From Candidatus Odinarchaeia archaeon (lineage in GTDB: Archaea > Asgardarchaeota > Odinarchaeia > Odinarchaeales > Odinarchaeaceae), in the NCBI GenBank assembly GCA_029856525.1, contig JAHQXC010000025.1, positions 1 to 16,100 of the forward strand: 16,100 nucleotides of DNA, written 5' to 3'. Under the pieces are notes generated by a model, which saw only the letters and a program-made list of their open reading frames with translations, did no database searches and had not been told where the DNA came from. Both the position numbers and the translations under genes were made by a program. Of this stretch, positions 7,890-15,741 are shown in pieces. How positions within the stretch are numbered: the stretch's first letter is position 1; every line of letters starts with the position of its first letter.

Positions 7890-8951
7890 TTAAATCGCTT
7901 TTGGTAGATTTGTTAGAACTCTCGGTTTCCCTTCGTCAACGACGATGATATCCTCTATTCTTATACCTCCCCATCCTGGTATGTAAACGCCGGGTTCAAT
8001 TGTTACAACACTGCCTTGTTTTATATCTGAATTATTTCTAAATGATATTGAAGGCGCCTCATGTGTTTCTAATCCTAAGCCGTGACCTAGCGTGTGTATA
8101 AAATACTTGTCGTATCCTTTTTCTCTGAGGTATTCGCGGGCTGTTAAATCTATATAGCTGGCTTTAACACCAGGTTTTATTTTTTCAATAGCATGTTCTT
8201 GGGCTTCTCTAACTAAATTATATAATTCTCTCTGCCTGGTATCCGCCTCACCCACGGTGAACGTTCTAGTTATATCCGCGCAATATCCTTCATATCTGCA
8301 TCCTATGTCCACTATGACAAGATCCCCCTTGTTCAGCTTATTCATTGTGCTTTTAGCATGCGGGTTCGCGCTTCTCACACCGGCTACTATCAGACTTTCG
8401 AAAGCGAACCATTCCGCGCCGTTTCTTCTCATCTCATATTCTGTTTCCGCCGCTATCTCTAACTCTGCTTTCCCCTCGCAGATATTTTTTTGAGCGGTTA
8501 GGATTCCTTTCTCTGTTATTTTAACAGCTTTAGTAATCTTCTCGATTTCACTAGCATCTTTAACCTCTCTCATAGAGGTTATCAGTCCGTCACCGTTTTC
8601 GCATTTTACATTATTATAATTGAAAAATTTATTGAACAGGAAATGACTTAAATGGCTGTATTCTAAGAATATTTCCTCTTTTATTTTTTCAAGTCTTCTC
8701 TTCATATGATCGCTGATAGTTAATTCAAGAGGGGATTTAATAACTGTGAAGTTTTTCTCAAAATTTTTAGCTTCCAAGTAATCTATTTCTGTAACATGCA
8801 ATTCGAATCCATCATTTTCCGTGTATAATAAGTATGCTTCCGTTGTCGGGGGGAACCCTGTTAAATAGTATATGCTGATAGGCGAGCTTACTAGAAAATT
8901 TTTAATCCCTTTCTCCTCTATAATTCTCTTAAATCTACTGATTCTATTCAA
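7890..8951 (-). CDS. pepQ: Xaa-Pro aminopeptidase/prolidase, M24B family
   Basis: N-terminal creatinase-like domain, then NPH, VDIG, ADITRT, HTLGHGLGLETHEAP, TIEPGVY and GIRIEDII. Confidence 0.95.
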   Translation of the reverse strand: MNRISRFKRIIEEKGIKNFLVSSPISIYYLTGFPPTTEAYLLYTENDGFELHVTEIDYLEAKNFEKNFTVIKSPLELTISDHMKRRLEKIKEEIFLEYSHLSHFLFNKFFNYNNVKCENGDGLITSMREVKDASEIEKITKAVKITEKGILTAQKNICEGKAELEIAAETEYEMRRNGAEWFAFESLIVAGVRSANPHAKSTMNKLNKGDLVIVDIGCRYEGYCADITRTFTVGEADTRQRELYNLVREAQEHAIEKIKPGVKASYIDLTAREYLREKGYDKYFIHTLGHGLGLETHEAPSISFRNNSDIKQGSVVTIEPGVYIPGWGGIRIEDIIVVDEGKPRVLTNLPKAI

Positions 8952-8966
8952 GAATAATGTTCTCCT

Positions 8967-9422
8967 TTAAGATTTTAAACTATTTTCAACGTTGAGTGAA
9001 ACTATCCTAGAACTTTCTGAGAGCGGGTGTCCTAGGCAATGTATGTTAAATTCTTTATACCATCCGAATGGAGCCCGGTAGGCTTCAATATTCTTTTCTT
9101 TTAATTTCTCTTCTATCAGGTTTAGAATCTGAATTGCGGTTTTAGGTTTCGCTAGTTGAGGGGCGAATAGATGCGCGTAAGGGTAGATTAATATTCTCTC
9201 AGCTTTAATCCGTTCATTAACTTGAAGCAGTTCACTTACACATTTATCTGTAATCTTCTCCGGGTCAGCTTCATCAGAGGCTTCAACAGCTGTGAACGCT
9301 ACTAGTACATTTCTAAATTCAAACCACTTATTATCTTCCTCAACAGCATCCTTAGCGGATATCTTAACTTCCTCAGTTACTTTATACTTCATAGTTTTAG
9401 CATGGATTAGAAGTAATCTCAT
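8967..9422 (-). CDS. Free-standing archaeal threonyl-tRNA synthetase editing domain (DTD-like fold, Ser-tRNA(Thr) hydrolase-like)
   Basis: MRLLLIHA, AFTAVE..DE, IYPYAHL..LA, RAPFGWYKEF, GHPLSESSR, then a stop after about 151 aa. GGTGA RBS at 9428-9432 supports ATG 9422. Confidence 0.92.
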   Translation of the reverse strand: MRLLLIHAKTMKYKVTEEVKISAKDAVEEDNKWFEFRNVLVAFTAVEASDEADPEKITDKCVSELLQVNERIKAERILIYPYAHLFAPQLAKPKTAIQILNLIEEKLKEKNIEAYRAPFGWYKEFNIHCLGHPLSESSRIVSLNVENSLKS

Positions 9423-9433
9423 GTTATTCACCG

Positions 9434-10810
9434 TTAAACAATTTTACGCGCTTCAACCCACGCCTGTTCGATTATAGGCATGAACATTCTGATGTGTTCA
9501 GGTACAACTGAAGCTATTCCGACAGGTGTTCCCTGCTCAGCTACAGCTCCTATAAGGATTTCCTCTCTATCTTTATCCATAGCCCAAAGATCTTTTCTCG
9601 AATAAATTTTTATGCTTATATTAGGGTTTTTAACTAGTTCCTCATATATTTTTTTGTCTTCGCTGTTATTGTAATCTACGCTAGTAGCTATTCTAACGTT
9701 AACCCACTCTTTTAAATTAGAGAAGGAACTTACTTCAAGATCCTTCAATTCCGGTGTAACTATTAGAATACGTGTTTTAGCTCTACTTAGCATATCCGAG
9801 ATCTGCGCCTTGAAGCCTTCTATACCTGTCACAAACCATACATCGGTGAATTTGAATGTTATAGTTGATTTCGCTCTCCTCCATAACGCGGACATGGTAT
9901 CCTCTGAAACTGATATATGCTCATCCACATTCATTATTATGTTTTTTAACGCCTCCACCACTCTTTCTTGGAATAAATTTTTAAGCCGGTCAAGTTCTTT
10001 ACCAACTATGTTTTGAACCATATTCTCTATGAACGCTTTGAAAACCTTCATTTTAAGCTGTTCTTCAAACGCTTTAGATATTTTTGTTTTAACATTGTTA
10101 ACCTCTTCCTCGAATAGTTGAAATTGATCTGATAAAACTGTTGGAACAGCATTGTGGATAGAACTTAAAAATTCTCTGAAGTCTCCTAATTGTTTTAAAA
10201 GAGCGGTGTAGGGGGGTATAGCCTGGAAATATCTTCTAGTGCCGGGGATCGTTTTTAATAACCCTAGTTTTACTAATCTATTAGCAATCTCTAAAGCTTC
10301 TGTTTCTTGAACATGCGCATATAAGCCGATTTCACCTATAGAGATAGGGCCTTTATCCACCATGGCTAAGTAGGCCTCAGTCTCCTCTCTGGTCAGCCCG
10401 TATTCCGCTAATATCTTTCTCGGAATCTCTTCTTCCAGTTTTATTTTAGCTTCAATCGTTTCTAAAACTTCATTTAAGTATTCTGTAAATCCAGTGCTAC
10501 CCCTCCGGTTTATTATTCCATCTGAAACCTCTTCGAGTATTTTAGTGAATTTTTCAGCAGGTTCATTTTCTTTTAAGAAGAAGACGATTACAATCTGCTC
10601 CCCTGTTGATAATTTTATAAACTTGCTTGCAACATTCAAATCTCCTAACTTCATTGTTAAAACTGGATGAGCTTCAGCGTTTCCAATAGTATGAGACATG
10701 TATATTCTCATAATCTCATCGTCGTTTATACTATAATCTACAGGTGCTTTAGCATCTAAAACAGCGCCCATCACGTTATCCCATTTTATTAAAGCTAAAG
10801 CTTTAGGCAT
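9434..10810 (-). CDS. Longin-like domain / TrmB winged-HTH / coiled coil / TrmB-type PLD-like effector domain fusion; putative transcription regulator
   Basis: aa133-207 (numbering from the 10819 ORF start) YGLTREE.EAYLAMVDKGP.S..EI......L..L..LGL...IPG..RYFQAIPP is a TrmB HTH. aa326-461 WFV.G......I.DML..AK..I.IVTP...DREEILIG is a TrmB C-terminal-like domain. The N-terminal LIKWDNVMGAVL.AKAP is longin/uDENN-like. ATG 10810 follows a GGTG RBS; the ORF extends to GTG 10819. Confidence 0.78.
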   Translation of the reverse strand: MPKALALIKWDNVMGAVLDAKAPVDYSINDDEIMRIYMSHTIGNAEAHPVLTMKLGDLNVASKFIKLSTGEQIVIVFFLKENEPAEKFTKILEEVSDGIINRRGSTGFTEYLNEVLETIEAKIKLEEEIPRKILAEYGLTREETEAYLAMVDKGPISIGEIGLYAHVQETEALEIANRLVKLGLLKTIPGTRRYFQAIPPYTALLKQLGDFREFLSSIHNAVPTVLSDQFQLFEEEVNNVKTKISKAFEEQLKMKVFKAFIENMVQNIVGKELDRLKNLFQERVVEALKNIIMNVDEHISVSEDTMSALWRRAKSTITFKFTDVWFVTGIEGFKAQISDMLSRAKTRILIVTPELKDLEVSSFSNLKEWVNVRIATSVDYNNSEDKKIYEELVKNPNISIKIYSRKDLWAMDKDREEILIGAVAEQGTPVGIASVVPEHIRMFMPIIEQAWVEARKIV

Positions 10811-10895
10811 AAAGAACACCGTTAAATAATTCCAGAACCTTTAATTTATATCATACTATTCATTATCTTATTTAATAGTTTACGGGTGAAGTTGA

Positions 10896-11195
10896 ATGTT
10901 TACTATAAAATCTTTTAGTGTAGACGGGAAGATAGTAGTCGGTTTAAAAATAGACGTGTTAACTCCGCCTCTGCTTTTAATAATAGGTGAGAAAGGTATT
11001 CTATCATGCGGGTATTTCGATATAAAAACAGCTGAGAAATTTAACGCGCCTGTTGCTATTGTAAGAGGGGTTAAAAATTTTGAAGACATGTTAAGCGCTG
11101 AAGTTCAAGATTTAACTGATTCAGCGAGCCGTTTAGGAATTGTTAAAGGTGAGAGAGGGGAATCCGCTATTAGAAAATTCAGCGGAGCTATATGA
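10896..11195 (+). CDS. YunC/DUF1805 family protein
   Basis: LLLIIGEKGILSCGYFDI..AEKF..PVAIVRGVKNFEDML.A.V......A..LGI..G; GGGTGA RBS at 10884-10889. Confidence 0.9.
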   Translation: MFTIKSFSVDGKIVVGLKIDVLTPPLLLIIGEKGILSCGYFDIKTAEKFNAPVAIVRGVKNFEDMLSAEVQDLTDSASRLGIVKGERGESAIRKFSGAI

Positions 11196-11198
11196 TCT

Positions 11199-11429
11199 CT
11201 AAGATGAGATCAGAGTACTCGTCTGTTCAACTCCATCCATTCTCCTTATTAAAGTAACTACTTGATCTAATTCTCTAAGACTCTCTGTTTCTATTCGAAC
11301 TACGATGTCGAACTGGCCGTAAACTATCAGGCTTTCAGTTACCCCTTTAATTTTTCTGGTAGCTTCAGCTATTTCATGCTCTCTACCTATTTTAGTTGTA
11401 ATTAAAATATAGGATACTATAGATGTCAT
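11199..11429 (-). CDS. Lrp/AsnC ligand-binding (RAM) domain-only protein
   Basis: YILI.TKIG.E.EIAE...KIKGVTE...VYGQFDIVVRIE..SL.EL..V...IRRMDGV..TSTLI; no HTH. GAGGT RBS at 11438-11442. Confidence 0.92.
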   Translation of the reverse strand: MTSIVSYILITTKIGREHEIAEATRKIKGVTESLIVYGQFDIVVRIETESLRELDQVVTLIRRMDGVEQTSTLISS

Positions 11430-11448
11430 ATTCACTAACCTCGATCAA

Positions 11449-13104
11449 CTATTTTAAAGCAGAATTTAATCTTTCAATCAGCCAATCTCTATCTAAAGAT
11501 AATAGGAATGAACCTAGTCTGGGCCCGTATTTTTTACCTAAAATCACCATATATATTGTTTCAAAGCCTTTTTTAACATTTAACCCTTCAATCTCTTTTA
11601 TAATATTAAATATTTTATTCTGGAGTTCCTCTTCAGTGAACTCTCCCTGAGATAATGTTTCAATAACTTTTTTTATAACAGTTTTCTGCTGTTCAGTTAG
11701 ACTTTCTTTAATGTCATCGCTTATACTCTTAGAAATATTTATCTTATAGTTTTCAGGAGCGTATTTTAAAACCCAGTTCTCAGCTTTTCTTATCATCTCC
11801 TCTATTTCTTTTAACTCGCTTTCTGTTATAACAGGGATTTTATATATTTTTTTAACAACTTCTTGCGCTTTAGCCAGTATAGTCTGCGGGTTCATAATAT
11901 CTTTTAACTGCGAGAAGATTATTGCAAATCTGAACGGTAGTCTAGGTTTAATATTTTGAATATTCGAGTTGACTATTGTTAACGGGTATAGAACACGCGC
12001 CTCATATTTCTCCTCGTCGCTAGCATCAGGTTGGCGATCGAAGAACACTCTTTCAAATCGCTCATACTCGTCAATATACTGGGGTAAGAGTTCAGGCCTG
12101 AAACTTATATGTTTTGACGGTGGTGTACGGATAATCAAATATCTCAGAATCTCAGGTTGAGCGATCTCCAAGTATTCACGGGGTGTGAATATAATACCTT
12201 TATGGGTTTTCATATCTACATCCCCGTATCTTAACCATTCATATCCGATTTTAACAGGGCCTTCAAAACCGAAAACATCTCGGCATATGCGAAGCCCAGT
12301 GTCATAGGCTCCTCCTTTAACAGTATGATCTTTACCAGCCGGCTCGCATGTAACTTTTAACAGAAACCATTTAGCCGGCCAATCAACCCTCCAGGTGAGT
12401 TTCAAACGGGCTTCATCTAATTTCTCTTTAAACTCTTCTTGACATGAATGACAGAAATAAACAACTTCATCAGTTTCTTTAATGTAATTTAAAACTCTGT
12501 TCGGGGTGATTCTACCTTTATCAACTATCTGCATTTTACCGCATTTCCTGCAGACAACGTTTACCGGATACCGCCCGGTTAACTCTCTTCTATATTCCTC
12601 GGCATCCTCCTCGTTTAATGTTTCACCGACGGAATTAATTAATATCCTTCTAATTTCATCCACTTTCTCGATCACAGTTCTAATTATATTCTTCATTTCA
12701 GGAGTTTTATATAGCTTCGAAGTCCATAAAATTTTAGGGTTTAAGCCGAATGAGTTAAACGTGGAGGTTAACTCGTTTGCGAAGAATTCAGCGTATGATT
12801 CGCCTTCGCTAAATGGACTTGGTATATCTGAAAAAGGAACCCCTATATATTTATCATAGTTCGCTGGAATATAAGCTGGAAACCTTTTAGCAGGATCGTA
12901 ATCATCTAATATGAAATAGAATTCAACGTTAAACCCTTTTTTCTCTAAAATTCTTCTCAAACTATCACATATGAAAAGCTCTCTGAATATCCCTATGTGT
13001 ATTCTTCCGCTTATAGATTTCCCTGAATTGATTACGATTCTATCCGTGTTCCGTTTCAATATCTCTTCTACAGCTTCCTCTATCCATAGTTTCATCGAAT
13101 TCAT
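11449..13104 (-). CDS. lysS: Lysine--tRNA ligase, class I
   Basis: SGKSISGRIHIG (HIGH-like), DDYDP, CRKCG, KLTWRVDWPAKW, EPAGKDH..GG.YD, C-terminal LGKKYGPRLGSF anticodon domain. Start could be 13113, 13104 or 13095. Confidence 0.97.
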   Translation of the reverse strand: MNSMKLWIEEAVEEILKRNTDRIVINSGKSISGRIHIGIFRELFICDSLRRILEKKGFNVEFYFILDDYDPAKRFPAYIPANYDKYIGVPFSDIPSPFSEGESYAEFFANELTSTFNSFGLNPKILWTSKLYKTPEMKNIIRTVIEKVDEIRRILINSVGETLNEEDAEEYRRELTGRYPVNVVCRKCGKMQIVDKGRITPNRVLNYIKETDEVVYFCHSCQEEFKEKLDEARLKLTWRVDWPAKWFLLKVTCEPAGKDHTVKGGAYDTGLRICRDVFGFEGPVKIGYEWLRYGDVDMKTHKGIIFTPREYLEIAQPEILRYLIIRTPPSKHISFRPELLPQYIDEYERFERVFFDRQPDASDEEKYEARVLYPLTIVNSNIQNIKPRLPFRFAIIFSQLKDIMNPQTILAKAQEVVKKIYKIPVITESELKEIEEMIRKAENWVLKYAPENYKINISKSISDDIKESLTEQQKTVIKKVIETLSQGEFTEEELQNKIFNIIKEIEGLNVKKGFETIYMVILGKKYGPRLGSFLLSLDRDWLIERLNSALK

Positions 13105-13236
13105 GAATATCACGTGTTGAAGATTGGTTTAAATATTTAAATACTCTTTTAACTCCTAATCGAAAATAAACATTAACCCTTAATAAACATTGCAAACTTG
13201 TTAAAAATATAGCTGAAATAGTTGACAGGTGTTTTT

Positions 13237-13842
13237 ATGCTAGGTAAATTAAGGGAGAAATATCAGAAGCTTATGACACCGGTGGGTGAGTTTTTCTCTA
13301 AGACCAGGTTAACACCTAACATTATAACGTTTATAAGTTTTCTCATAAGCATCTGCGCTGGTGTAGTTTTAGCGTTAAACCAATTAGTGTTAGGAGTGAT
13401 ATTCATTATCTTAACAGGATTTGTGGATATGTTAGACGGCGCTGTTGCGAGAGCTACAGGTAGAGAGACACGTTTCGGCGCTGTATGGGATCATTTACTT
13501 GATCGCTACGCTGAATTCAATATAGTATTCGGGATAGCTTTCAGCTTTTATTCAACATGGTATATTCCATTTGCAACCATATTCAGCATGATTATGGCCA
13601 GCTTTATTAGAGCTAAAGCGGAGTCTGTCGGTAAACTGGAGAAATGCACGGTTGGATTAGCGGAAAGACAGGAAAAACTTTTGATTCTGATAGTTGGCTG
13701 TTTACTAACCTATTTTTACAGTTCACCTATCATATTCATGTACACTATTTTAGATATCGCTTTATTACTTATCGCAGTTCTATCACAAATTACCGTGATT
13801 CAACGTCTCAAATATACATGGGATATGACTAAAGGTGGTTGA
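13237..13842 (+). CDS. pgsA: CDP-alcohol phosphatidyltransferase, likely archaetidylinositol phosphate synthase
   Basis: TPNIITF, CDP-OH motif DMLDGAVARATGRETRFGAVWDHLLDRY, FIRAKAES, GLAERQEK, hydrophobic helices. AGGTG RBS at 13227-13231. Confidence 0.88.
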   Translation: MLGKLREKYQKLMTPVGEFFSKTRLTPNIITFISFLISICAGVVLALNQLVLGVIFIILTGFVDMLDGAVARATGRETRFGAVWDHLLDRYAEFNIVFGIAFSFYSTWYIPFATIFSMIMASFIRAKAESVGKLEKCTVGLAERQEKLLILIVGCLLTYFYSSPIIFMYTILDIALLLIAVLSQITVIQRLKYTWDMTKGG

Positions 13843-13843
13843 A

Positions 13844-14764
13844 ATGTTCGATCTAATAGCTATCGGAAACCCTGTCTACGATGAAATAACCACACCTTAT
13901 ATTTCCACAGCTGGACGTGTTCTTTCAGGTTGTAGTACAAACGCTGCTTTAACCGCTAAAAAACTAGGGGTTGAAAAAGTAGGGTTAATAGGCTCTATTG
14001 GACAGGATTACCGTGACCTGTTTATTAAAGATCTTGAAAGATTCGGAATAGAAGACTTACAGATTCTGGATGGAGCGAGCACCGGAGGCTTTAAGTTAGT
14101 TTATTTTGAGAACGGTGATCGGACGCTTCAAGTTTTAGGTGTAGCAGGGGAGATACGATTCGAAAAACTTTCAAGCACGACTATCAAAGCCTTGAAAAAC
14201 GCTAAATTTATTCTGCTCGGACCTATATTAAATGAAATCGACGTTGACTTTGTTAGATCTCTAAGAAAAGTATGTGAAGGTAAACTTTTCTTAGACCCTC
14301 AAGGTATTATTAGAAGAATAGGTTCTAATAATATGATTGAACACGCCTTCGACTTAGATGAAGTAAGGGAGATAATAAGCTTAGTTGATTTTGTTAAACC
14401 TAACGAGTTTGAAGCTGAAGCTTTAACAGGTTTAAATAATCCTTCTGAATCAGCCAAGTTACTTGCAGAATGGTGCGGTGGCGGTGTTTCAATAGTTACT
14501 TTAGGTGAAAAAGGTTCAATTCTATCCTTTAAAGGCGGTGTGTTTACAATTCCACCTTATAAAACATTCGCGTATGATCCGACTGGAGCAGGTGACAGCT
14601 ACGCTGGTGCTTTTATCACCCGCCTCTTATCCGGCGCCAGCCTTATAGACGCAGCATACTATGCTTCCGCAGCCTCCTCTATAATGGTGGAATATACTGG
14701 TCCGGATTTCAAGATGAGTAGAGAGGAAGTTGAGAAAAGGTTGAGGATAATAAAGAAAGTTTAG
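13844..14764 (+). CDS. PfkB/ribokinase family carbohydrate kinase (candidate myo-inositol kinase)
   Basis: IGNPVYD, LDPQG, VKPNEFEA, VTLGEKG, DPTGAGDSYAGAF. AGGTGG RBS at 13833-13838 and ATG 1 nt after the upstream stop. Confidence 0.9.
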   Translation: MFDLIAIGNPVYDEITTPYISTAGRVLSGCSTNAALTAKKLGVEKVGLIGSIGQDYRDLFIKDLERFGIEDLQILDGASTGGFKLVYFENGDRTLQVLGVAGEIRFEKLSSTTIKALKNAKFILLGPILNEIDVDFVRSLRKVCEGKLFLDPQGIIRRIGSNNMIEHAFDLDEVREIISLVDFVKPNEFEAEALTGLNNPSESAKLLAEWCGGGVSIVTLGEKGSILSFKGGVFTIPPYKTFAYDPTGAGDSYAGAFITRLLSGASLIDAAYYASAASSIMVEYTGPDFKMSREEVEKRLRIIKKV

Positions 14765-14838
14765 ATGTATTAACTTAAATGATAATATTAGAGTTATCTT
14801 AGCCTCAGAGTAATCTAATTGAAAACAATCCTAGACTT

Positions 14839-15288
14839 CTAGAAGAATGTCCCCATCATTAACATGTGCTCTCTTCTTATACATAAATTCTCTACAAATA
14901 TTATACCGTATTCAGCCGCTTTCTCAGCAGCCTCTTTACTTCTCAAACCTACCTGTAACCACACTACTGGAATATTTCTTTTATGAGCGGCTTCAACTAA
15001 CGCTGGTATCTCCTCAGGGGGTCTGAATACTTCTAAAATGTCTATTTTAATATTCTCAGGCACCTCTTCAAGCGATCTATACGCTTTTAACCCTAATATT
15101 TCTTTAGCGTTAGGATTGATCGGGATGATCTGATAGCCGTGTTCTAATAAGTATTTAGGTATTATATGTGCTAATTTACTCGGATCCCTTGACATTCCTA
15201 CAACAGCTATAACCTTCGCTTTATACAGGATTTTCTGGATTTCATCAGAACCCATCGTTAAAATTTCGGTTCTAGTTCGCTTGCTCAA
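14839..15288 (-). CDS. CoA-binding protein (YccU/COG1832-like Rossmann fold)
   Basis: IAVVGMSRDPSK.A..I..YL..HGY.IIPINP, ILG.KAY.SL.EVP, IDI..VFRP, VVWLQVG, CIRREH. GGGGAG RBS before the TTG start. Confidence 0.93.
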   Translation of the reverse strand: MSKRTRTEILTMGSDEIQKILYKAKVIAVVGMSRDPSKLAHIIPKYLLEHGYQIIPINPNAKEILGLKAYRSLEEVPENIKIDILEVFRPPEEIPALVEAAHKRNIPVVWLQVGLRSKEAAEKAAEYGIIFVENLCIRREHMLMMGTFF

Positions 15289-15422
15289 TATTCTCCCCGA
15301 TTAAATATAGTGAACTGCACGTATTTTAGCTTTTTTAAAAATAAAGCTGAGAAATCTTCTAATCAAGATAGTGGCAATTAAAAATTAGCGTATTATATTT
15401 GGAATTATAAAATAAGTATTTT

Positions 15423-15728
15423 TTAACCCGCGTTTTTAACTTCAGCCGTCTCCTCTTTCATTAATTTATCTGTTTTTTTAGCAGACTTCCTTTTAACACC
15501 TGTTTTCCTACCTGTCCGGGCTTCTTTAACAGCTTTTATCATATTTTTTAAAGCTTCAATATTCTCTTTATGGGCGCTTCGCCTCCTTCTATCTATATAT
15601 ACGCCTAGCTTTTTTAGCAGGTTTATTTCAACGCCGCTTTCTTTTATCTCTCCTAAACTGAAACCGCGTCCAGCTCTTATAATATGAGGTGTGAAAGGGC
15701 ATTTAACCAGACTTTTAGGCAGCTCCAT
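15423..15728 (-). CDS. rpl13e: 50S ribosomal protein L13e (eL13)
   Basis: RAGRGFSLGEIKESG....KKLGVYID.RRRSAHKENIEALK, plus a Lys-rich tail. GAGGTG RBS at 15736-15741. Confidence 0.92.
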   Translation of the reverse strand: MELPKSLVKCPFTPHIIRAGRGFSLGEIKESGVEINLLKKLGVYIDRRRRSAHKENIEALKNMIKAVKEARTGRKTGVKRKSAKKTDKLMKEETAEVKNAG

Positions 15729-15735
15729 CGTCAAC

Positions 15736-15741
15736 CACCTC
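15736..15741 (-). promoter_or_regulatory. Shine-Dalgarno site (GAGGTG) of rpl13e
   Basis: Complementary to the archaeal 16S 3' end, 7 nt before ATG 15728. Similar GGTG/GAGGT sites precede the genes starting at 9422, 10810, 10896, 11429, 13237 and 13844. Confidence 0.75.

Noticed and set aside
356-12859. Short opposite-strand ORFs (356-550, 917-1177, 1669-1938, 3552-3746, 5028-5225, 6323-6574, 6626-6823, 7002-7304, 8257-8493, 9292-9477, 9810-10016, 10880-11089, 11423-11650, 11969-12160, 12506-12859)
   Set aside because: They overlap well-supported genes on the other strand and have the Ser/Ile/Phe-rich composition typical of antisense reading frames.
13644-13832. ORF 13644-13832 (+)
   Set aside because: An alternative frame inside the AIP synthase gene, with no motifs.
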